From the human T2T-CHM13v2.0 reference genome, Homo sapiens, in the NCBI RefSeq assembly GCF_009914755.1, contig NC_060936.1: 64,000 nt of DNA; one strand, given 5' to 3'. The stretch's first letter is position 1. Every line of letters starts with the position of its first letter. A program made the translations under genes and the position numbers. The notes beneath the pieces were generated by a model. That model saw nothing but the letters and a program-made list of their open reading frames with translations. It was not told the DNA's origin and made no database searches. Positions 54,322 through 64,000 of this stretch are shown here, piece by piece.

Positions 54322-56137
54322 TACTAATGATTCCAAAATCTAGGTCTTCAGCCCACTTTTGCTTCTGAGCTCCAAGTCTGTGATTATTTGGCATTTCTCT
54401 CACCCTGCTAGACCACAGGTTCCGTGAGGATGGGAGCTATGGTTGATTTGCTGCTTGCCCATTTTATTCCAACACCAGACACAATGAAGATGAACATAGA
54501 AGATGCTGATTAAATATTTGTCAGTTAATTGATCTAATTTCTTGATCATCATGTAGGATCAAGGGAGTTAAAGTTTTTAGATGAAAAGAAAATCTCATGT
54601 TTAGCTGTACCAACATTCTTCATTGACAAGAATGTGAGGCAACAGAAGAATCCAGGGCACAAATTCATCTAAGTCAAATCTGCTGCATCTAATCCTGGAA
54701 TTTGCTGCCAGCGTAAATTTTGTCTCTCTCTTCTATATATCCAAAATTGAGATAATAATGGCATTTCCGCAGTTGTATTCCAAGTATGTTTTAAAGGTAG
54801 ATAATCCCATTTATGCAAAATTGCTTTGAACTAGTTAGCAAGAGTGTGCGGTGCCATATTAATTAAAAACTATTTATTCTACTTTAAGATTATCTGTAAA
54901 GAAAACAAGCTGCTCTTACTAGTCAGGTTTTTAAGAGTGTAGTTGTTTCTCAAACAATTTTAAAGTTTAGCCTATTGCCCTTTAGTTTTCAAAACTACCT
55001 ACTAAAGGAAACAAAATATAACTCTTAGATTTTTTTATGTCTGAAACACCTTCTTATCACTTTATCATGTGCATCTTCTGTGACTAAGGTTTTCTTCTGC
55101 TCACAAAACCTTCAACTCAAGTTAAAGCCATTTGCAAGCTGTGCACAGAAAGGAAAATGATGGCAGAGTAACCTGGACATGTTGTATTAATCTTCTCACC
55201 CCCTGCAGAGAAAGGGAGCAGGCTTCCTCATAGCCATTTCCTCCCCAGAGAACATTTTAAGCACAAACCATACCACAATAAGGCAGGACCGCTGGGCCAC
55301 AGGGAAAAATGGCACAAGCGTAGATAATTACTGTGGAATGCAGTGGGTAATTACAGGACTCCTGTACTTTCACCAGAATAGAACTCCTAATTATCTCAAA
55401 TCCTAACTTTATGAAATCAGAAACAGTTACCAAAGAAATTGCACAAAGGGGTAAAACCTTGGATTGTTGAAATGTGAAAGCAATAACAAAGAATTTTTGT
55501 AATAGAGAAAAATAGCCTGAGGATCTAGAAACAATTCTGGTGCTTCATTGAGTCTTCAGTGTCAGCACCGCTTAGCCTGACTGCAAGTAAGTTTTTTTTT
55601 AAAATATATTGCGTATCAATTTGTGTGCAGAATGCATCTAAAATCCTGGCCAGTCTTATTTCTTTCTTTTAAAAAGTTCTTTAGGTAGTATTGTTAAAAT
55701 TCTATCTTTTGTTTGTTTCATACTTTTTTTCCTCCCAGTTTACATTATACTCTACTAGTCTAAAAAAAAAAACCATAAATCTTCAGGTACCTAACTAGTC
55801 ATTAATTTAAAAATGAACTCTATTATGTGTATAAAACACGAAAGCCTCCTTAGATAGTCAAATCTTAGCACACCTACTAGGAATGTCACAGGTGTAATTT
55901 CTCATTGGCTTTAATTGGCAAAACACTTGAAGCTGATTAAATGGGAAAAAGTTCGACATTAATACAATTTCTGGAACACCTACTGTATGTGAGGCTGTAT
56001 GCTAGATTCTTTGCATATACCTTTTATAATTAGAGCTGCAATTCTTTGATTAATTAGACACTCTAGACACTACTAGACACTATTTCTAAATTTCAGAGGA
56101 GATAACCCAAATCAGAAATAAAGTAGCTTGCCCTAGC

Positions 56138-56304
56138 CCCTTGTTTCTCAGGGGGTGGTTTACAGATAAGCAGGCACTGGCATTTTTAGGAACTTATTAG
56201 AAATGTGAAATCTTGGGCCTCACCACAGAACTACTGTGTCAGAATTCACATTTTAACAAGGTCCCCAGATGTTTCGTGTACATTTCGAATTTTGAGAAGG
56301 CTGT
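56138..56304. mobile_element. MER5A-like element
   Basis: GGAACTTATTAGAAATG...CAGAATTCACATTTTAACAAGGTCCCCAGATG...TTTGAGAAG. Confidence 0.7.
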
Positions 56305-57159
56305 GATACCTCAAACATCTCATAGGTGGCTGAGACCAAAGCCTAACCCAGGTACATCTGTACACAGAGCCTGTAGCTTCGCCCCGTGTCACAGTGCCAC
56401 TCTCGGTAACATCTTGATGGTACTCTACCCTTCTACTAGAAACTTCTTTTTGGAAGAGTCCTAGCAAATATCTATCAGTTCCCAGGAGCTTTGAGTATGT
56501 TGCTATTGAGAGCTAAGTTGACTTTCCATCTCTACTGGCCCTTAATTTCTGTGCTCAATAGTCTCTGCTGTGATTTCCTCTGGGAAGGCACAGCACAGCT
56601 TTCATATCCCCATATCCTGCTACCCAGTTTACATCTGATGACAAGAGATGCACATCCTTAGACCTCCAAAAGCCTGAGAAGAATATGGGGGCTTGCCATT
56701 TTCAGAATTTTAGTCTTGTTCTTTTCCATTTTGCTTTCCCTTTCATCATGATTGAGTGGGAACTGAATCACTGCTCACGCAAGTGGCTGTAATTGCTTAG
56801 GAAATGTAAATAAAGAGCTATAATCATTCAAACTAAATGGTGAAAATTAATTTCCCAAGAAGTCTCTCTTTATTTGCACAAAAATTTTTATTTCTCTATT
56901 CAATAACCACAATTTATATCTTGCAGTAATTGTCATTGAGATTGATTAGTTGTGAAAATAGCAAATTTTAGAGAAATAAAAAGCTGAACAGGCCTAATGG
57001 CTGAAAAGGCAAACTTAGTCATATAAGAGTCATCTGTAATATAACGTTTGGAAATGTTAGTTCCCTGCTCTATCCTCTTCCCTAAAAATAGAATAATTCA
57101 TTAGTAAAGAGGGGTGTATTAGGGCAAACACTATGAAGTGATTAAATTAAATGCAGACA

Positions 57160-57497
<338 letters not shown>

Positions 57498-58139
57498 TTA
57501 AAATTAGCAAAAGTGGAAGTATAACTGTGTTATATGGGTATTTGGAGCAAAGAAAATCTATTTAATTAGGAGGAAAAATCCATAGATTAGAAAAATAACA
57601 TAGTATGAAAATAAAAATTTTCTGTATATTTATTGATAAAATTTTAGGGAACAATTTGATTATGACCCATTGAATAAATCAGAATAGATTAGATAAAATC
57701 TTGCTTTTATTCAATATGAAACAATGTATAGGCTAATTACAAAGGATCTAAAACTAAAAAAAATTTTTTGAAGCTGAAGTTGTGGTTGAGAACCTGATCT
57801 GAATGGGACATGGAAAATATTACTTAAGACCCCACATTAATTTGAAATAAAGGGTCTTTATTTCAAATAAATAAAAAATGAAAAAGGTTGATATTTTCTT
57901 TTCCAGTATGATTCCCAAAATCCCACTAGCACAGATGATGGCTATCACTTTCCCAGGCTGGAGTTATGACTAATCCTCCTAAATTACACTAGCCACCTGA
58001 ATGCATGACACCTGGAATGCAAGCCTGGATCCCCCTAGCAGGAACCAACAAAATTAAAACATATCTTGTGACCTTTAACTCAGCTGTCTAGGCAAGAGAC
58101 ATATAAATCTCCACTCATTCCAGGATTGGCCATATATGG

Positions 58140-58180
58140 TGCATTAGTCAGAGTTCTACAGGGAAACAAAACCAACAGGA

Positions 58181-58212
<32 letters not shown>

Positions 58213-59080
58213 CATGCGTGCAAGTGTTTATAAAGATGTTTATTATAAGAAATATCACATGATTATGGAGACTAGCAACACTCAGGATTTGCATGGTAAA
58301 TACGCAATCTAAAGACTCAAGACAGCCAATGGTATATGTATTAGTTCGTTTTCATGCTGCTGATAAAGACATACCCAAGACTGGGTAATTTATAAGGGAA
58401 AAGAGTTCTAATGGACTCACAGTTCCACGTGGCTGGGGAGGCCTCACAATCATGGCAGAAGGTGAGAGGCATGTCTCACATGGCAGCAGACAAGAGAAGA
58501 GAATTTGCACAGGAAAGCTCCCCTTTATAAAACCATCAGATCTTGTGAGACTTATTCACCATCATGAGAACACACAGAAAAGATCTGCTCCCATGATTCA
58601 ATTACCTCCCACCAAATCCCTCCCATGACATGTGGGAATTCTGGGAGCTACAGTTCAAGATAAGATTTGGGTGGGGACACAGTGAAACCATATCAGTATA
58701 GTTCCAGTTTGAGTACAAAGACCTGAGAGCAAGGAAAGCCAATTGCATAGTTTCGGTCTACAGGTCAGTAGGCTCAAGACCCAGTAAGAGCCAGTGTTTC
58801 CATTTTAGTTCAAAGGCAAGAAAAAGATGATGACACAGTTTAAAGTAAATGAGGCAGAAAAAAATTCTCTCCTACCAGGGGGAGGGTCAATCTTTTTCTT
58901 CTACTCAGGCCTTCAACTGATTGGATGAGGCCCACTCACACTAAGGAGGGCAATCTACCTTACTCCGTCTACTGATTTAAATGTTAATTTCATTCAAAAA
59001 CACCTGAAAGTAACACTCAGAATGATGTTTGACCAAATATCTGGGTACCCAATGATCCAGTTAAGTTGACACAAAACATG
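58140..59080 (-). mobile_element. MLT2B-like ERVL LTR with (TG)n, split by THE1
   Basis: TGCATTAGTCAGAGTTCT...(TG)n...CTCAGGCCTTCAACTGATTGGATGAGGCCCAC...GTTAAGTTGACAC. Confidence 0.82.
58337..58695 (-). mobile_element. THE1 (THE1B-like) MaLR solo LTR
   Basis: TGTATTAG...CCATATCA termini; 5-bp TSD GTATA. Confidence 0.92.
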
Positions 59081-59221
59081 GACAGCATATAGACAGCAGC
59101 CATAAATTATAATCACTGAAAATACTCTGCCACACATTTTGAGAATATCTGTGGGGGAAATTTGGCTATATGTGAGTACAATAAACTATAGATGGCTTCA
59201 ATAGTTAATTACTTTGACTAT

Positions 59222-59782
59222 TGTGTTGGTTTTAAAATATGTCCACAAGTTTTTGATACTCACTCCTTTGAAAAGTGTAGTTAAATTCTCCTCCTCATAA
59301 GGGTTGGCTTTACTTATTGACTGGCTTTTATGAACGGAATGTGGCAGAGGGACAGTCAGTGATGGGCAACACTAAATAATAAAAGGCATTGTGGCATCCT
59401 CCTTGCTCTCTCTCTCTCTTCTGGATCAGTTGCCCTAGGAAGTCTGCTGCCATGTCATGAAAACATGCCAGTAGTCCCATGGAGAGGTCCACGTGTTGAG
59501 GAATCGAAGCCTCCTGCCAATAGCCATCAAGGAATAGGATGCCTTCTGCCAGTAATCATGCAAGTGAGCCGTCTTGGAAGCCAATCCTCCATTCCCAGTC
59601 AAGCCTCAAAAACTGCAGTCCTGGCCAACATCTGGACTGTAACCTTAGAGAAATGCTGAGTCTGAATACCCAGGTAAGCCTCTCCCAGATTCCTAGTTCT
59701 CAGAAATAGCACGGGGTCATAAATGTTGTTTTCTAAAGCTGAGTTTGAGGGTAACTTGTTTCACAGCAATAAATTACTAATA
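59222..59782 (+). mobile_element. MLT1F-like MaLR LTR
   Basis: TGTGTTGGTTTTAAAATATGTCCACAAG...GGAGAGGTCCACGTG...CAGCAATAAATTACTAATA. Confidence 0.78.
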
Positions 59783-60269
59783 AAACTGTTTCTATTTCCT
59801 TCAGGTCAAAACGGGGAGGAAAAGTAACTGGCATCATTAAGGTGATATTTATATTCAAAGAGGTTAACCAATTTTTATAGAGATACATTATATCCTTGAA
59901 AAATGGGTGTTACTACTAAATTTTTCACCCTCAAAAACATATTGTACATCATGTGAGTCACACATTTCTATTTTGAATAGAAGACTAAACTTGTATGGCT
60001 CCTTCCAGCAAAGACATCATAAAATACACTTTCTTTCTTAGCTGATACTCTAGATAACATTTACCATAATATCTGAATTTTATAGAGTAATAAATTCCAC
60101 CAGTCCTTTTCAAAAATCTCAAATGACCCTCCAAAGCATTCATTTAGCTCCTTTCTGAATGTCATAGTCATGGCACTGCATGGTTCTGTTTTCCCTCCTT
60201 TGAAATGAATCCTGGTAACAAGGGGGAAAGCTGAGCTGACCTTCTAATGTGACTTCTCACCTTTCCAGC

Positions 60270-60632
60270 TGTCCAGCTGTTCTCATGCTGCTAATAAAGA
60301 CATACCCAAGAGTGAGTAATTTATAAAGGGAAGAGGTTTAATTGATTCACAGTTCCACATGGCTAGGGAGGCCTCGAAAGCATAGCTGAAGGCGAATTGA
60401 GGAGCAAAGTCATGTCTTACATGGTAGCAGGCAAAGGAGCTTGTGCAGGGGAACTCCCCTTTATAAAACCATCAGATCTCATGAGACTTACTCACTATCA
60501 CAAGAACAGCACAGGAATGACCTGCCCCCACGATTCAATTACCTCCCACTGGGTCCCTCTCATGACACATGGGAGTTACAGGAGCTACAATTCAAGATGA
60601 AATTTGGGTGGGGACACAGCCAAACCATATCA
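60270..60632 (-). mobile_element. THE1 (THE1C/D-like) solo LTR
   Basis: Ends GCCAAACCATATCA; 5-bp TSD CCAGC (60265-60269, 60633-60637). Confidence 0.9.
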
Positions 60633-61432
60633 CCAGCCAAGGCCTGCATGAGGCTCCCTGAGTGGTTGATGCATCCCCAGCATCTCACACTCCCAACATG
60701 TTTAAGCCAAGAAAACACTTACAATAGTGACAGTGATGACAATAAAACCAGTGATAACCAAAGCACTCGCTGCCACTACTGAAATCTGTCACAGCTCAAC
60801 CTGAAAAAAACATTCATGAGTATTGAACCGAGAGGGTGGACCAGAAGACATCATCCCCCAGTACCTTTGTCGGGAGGACTTGAGGTCAGCCCTCAGCCAA
60901 AATCTACTGTCTTTAAAGCCAAAACAATGCCCAATGGGCAAAATAAATAAATAAATAAAAAGACAATGCTGGCTTCCTGGAATCTGAGTGAGAATTTGAG
61001 GTCTTAGTCAATTATAAAGTAAGGACAAAGAAAGCATGCATTAAAATATTTTGTAAATGGGCTGTTAGAAGCTAGAGGGACCTAGGAGCAACCAGATGAC
61101 ATATGAGGAACCTGTGGCCCCAAGAGGTGAAATGACTCATCCAATGTCACAAGCTGCTTAGTTGTGATTTACCTTACAGACATCTCTCCTGATTTCTGAT
61201 CTAGCACATTTTCCACAATATAGCTATATCACAAGGTTTTGATACATCTATTTATTAATTTTGATTTTGCCTTCTTTTTTATCAAAAAAGCAATAACTCA
61301 TGGTAAATAATTCAAAAAATGAATACATGACCCCATTTATATAAAATCTTAAAATAAAGCCAACCTATTTTAAGATTTCCTTTGTAATTAACCTATTAAA
61401 ATATGAGTGGGAAAAATTTATACCAATCTTAG

Positions 61433-61795
61433 TGATATGATTTGGCTGTATCTCCACCCAAATCTCATCTTGAATGTATCTCCCACAATCCTCACATGTT
61501 GTAGAGGAACCTGGTGGAAGGTAATTGAATCATGGGGGTGGGTTTTTCCGGTGCTATTCTCATAATAGTGAGTAAGTCTCACAAGATCTGATGGTTTTAT
61601 AAAGGGCAGTTCCCCTGCACACACTCTCTTGCCTGCCACCATGTAAGACATTCCTTTGCTCCTCCTTCACCTTCCACCATGCTTGTGAAGCCTCCCCGAC
61701 CATGTGGAACTGTGAATCCATTAAACTTTTTTTTCTTTATAAATTACCCAGACTCGGGTATGTCCTTATTAGCAGCATGAGAATGAACTAATAAA
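61433..61795 (+). mobile_element. THE1 (THE1C-like) solo LTR
   Basis: TGATATGATTTGGCTGT...GAACTAATAAA; 5-bp TSD CTTAG (61428-61432, 61796-61800). Confidence 0.92.
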
Positions 61796-62382
61796 CTTAG
61801 GATGCTGGTAGCTCTGGGATTTGGGATCAAAAGGGCTGAAAAAAAATACACAAAGAGAGAGCTTCAATTGTTTTATTAACATGATGATATATTAAGAAAA
61901 AAAGATCTGTAGCAATTTTTTAAAAAAACATATTTGGGAGGTTTGTTTTGTTTATAATGTTCTTTATACTCTGTATATTTTAGATATTTCTTGATTAAAA
62001 CAAAAACAAATGTTAAGATATCATAAAACAAAGTGTACCTCCTTCCACAGGCCATCACTGACCCACCTCAAATACAATCTCTAATTAAGTTTCTTGAGCA
62101 TTATTTCAGGAATTTTCTTTGCGTATATAAATTTCCTTGGAAACATGCAGAATCATAATATATACTGTTCTTCATTTTATCTTTTTTATCTAAACAGCAC
62201 ATCTTGCAAACTTTTCTATTTCTGCCTTCTTTTTTTAATGACTTCAAAATATTCCATTGAATTAATGCATCTCAGCTGAATCAGTCAATATTAACTGAAG
62301 TTTTGCTAGTAAAGTGTGGTCTGTGGATTAGCAACATCAGGATCAACTGAGAGTTTGTTAGAAATGCAGAATCTTTATTTTA

Positions 62383-62705
<323 letters not shown>

Positions 62706-62730
62706 CTATGAAATTAAAAATTAAAGTTTG

Positions 62731-63110
62731 GGCCAGGCCTGGTGGCTCATACATGTAATCCTAGCACTTTGGGAGGCCAGGTGGGTGAGTCGCTTGAATC
62801 CAGGAGTTGGAGACCAGCCTGGACAATAAGGCAAAATCCCATCTCTACAAAAAAAAATTTTTTTTAATTAGCCAAGCATGATGGCCTGCTCCTGTAGTCC
62901 CAGCTACTCAGGTGTTTGGGGTGGGAGGATTACCTGAGCCCAGGGAAGTCAAGACTGCAGTGAGCCATGATTGCTCCTGCACTCCAGCTTGGCGACAGAG
63001 CAAGACCCTCTCTCTAAAATAAAATAAAATAAAATAAAATAAAATAAAATAAAATAAAATAAAATAAAATAAAATAAATAAAGTAATAAAAATAGCTCCC
63101 GCTCCAAAAA
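62731..63110 (+). mobile_element. AluJ with (TAAAA)n tail
   Basis: J-type features (CAGTGAGCCATGATTG, GAGCAAGACCCT); about 12 TAAAA units; TSD AAAGTTTG (62723-62730, 63111-63118). Confidence 0.9.
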
Positions 63111-63739
63111 AAAGTTTGAGAAGAATTGACATAAATAGCATGCTATTTGCCAGTGACCTTACTTGAAATAATCCTATAATCCAGAATACATATATAGTAT
63201 GCATATTTATAAAAACATACATTTATTTTTAAGTAAGTATTCTTCTATATAATATGATTAAAAAATAGTCTCGGTATATAAGAAACTCAAGAAATGAGTG
63301 AAGAATGATTAAGAGATAATTACTAAAATTTCTTCACAGTTGTTTTTCACTGAATGTATTTGTTGGCTTGAAAGTTTTAGAAAAGTAACGAAGAGCAGTA
63401 CAGCTTCTGGAGGCTTTGAAATGTTACCATAGGAACAAAACAAACCAATCAAACTAAACTTGGAAAGCATATTCAAAATAATTTAAAAAATAGTTCAGCA
63501 TATGGGTAAAACCAAGGAAATAAAAATTTAAAACAGTTTTCCTTCCCCCGACCTCACCCCACAAATCATGATGTGCTTCTCATACCTAATTTTCTAGGAT
63601 GGAAAAACTTGCCATACAAATATGTTTATTTTGCTACTATTTTATTTGTGGGCTCCTAGATTCTAGGTCTAAGAGTGAGGCTGCCTTAGGACTAGGACAG
63701 CCCAAAGGAAGGGTATGCAGGCCTGACTGTCGAGCCCCA

Positions 63740-64000
63740 GTGCAGGCTGAACACTTCACCGGCATCCTCCTTTAACTGTTGCCCCAAGGGTGCTATTCTT
63801 GGAACTCTGCTCTTCTCATCCTCAGGACTCTCCCTAGACAATCTCACCTAACTCTATGCTTTCTGCTAGCACCTATGTGTTAGTCACTTCAAAATCTCCC
63901 ACCTAAGACTGACTTGAGAGCTCTAAACCTTCATTTCCAATTCACTACCAAAAGTCTACACCAGGTTGGGACACAGATTATTCTAACACAGAGGTTCTCA
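63740..64000. mobile_element. L2 LINE fragment
   Basis: CCCAAGGG...CTCTGCTCTTCTC...CTCCCTAGACAATCTCACC...ACTTCAAAATCT resembles the L2 RT region. Confidence 0.55.

Noticed and set aside
55506-55592. Possible 81-nt exon (TAG acceptor, CAA|GTAAGT donor)
   Set aside because: Stops in all three frames and a weak polypyrimidine tract; a non-coding exon cannot be supported without transcript data.
58337-60632. Two same-strand THE1 LTRs as a full THE1 element
   Set aside because: Different TSDs; the interval is MLT2, MLT1 and unique DNA, not THE1 internal sequence.

Overview
AT-rich, repeat-dominated hominoid (human-like) genomic DNA with no recognisable host protein-coding exon; almost every ORF in the track comes from transposable elements. 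The centre is a minus-strand HERV-K(HML-3/HERVK9) provirus (16805-29066) with two MER9 LTRs, a 6-bp TSD GATTTT, a Lys PBS and deletions in RT and env. It is interrupted by two later L1PA3/4-type insertions. Next come an internally deleted L1PA16-type element, an L1PB 3' fragment and a full-length decayed L1PA6-type element. The flanks hold MER1, LTR1-family, LTR32-like, THE1, MLT, Tigger2a, MADE1, MER5, MER58, MIR and Alu copies. I see no new gene system. The most unusual signals are: (i) a 596-bp unique-looking retroposed insert with its own TSD inside the L1PA16; (ii) a clear L1 3' transduction inside the provirus, plus weaker candidates; (iii) private variants shared between neighbouring inverted L1 copies of different subfamilies, suggesting ectopic gene conversion; (iv) unexpectedly similar proviral LTRs; (v) several templated-insertion or hairpin scars. 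Subfamily names come from remembered consensus sequences, not from a database search.
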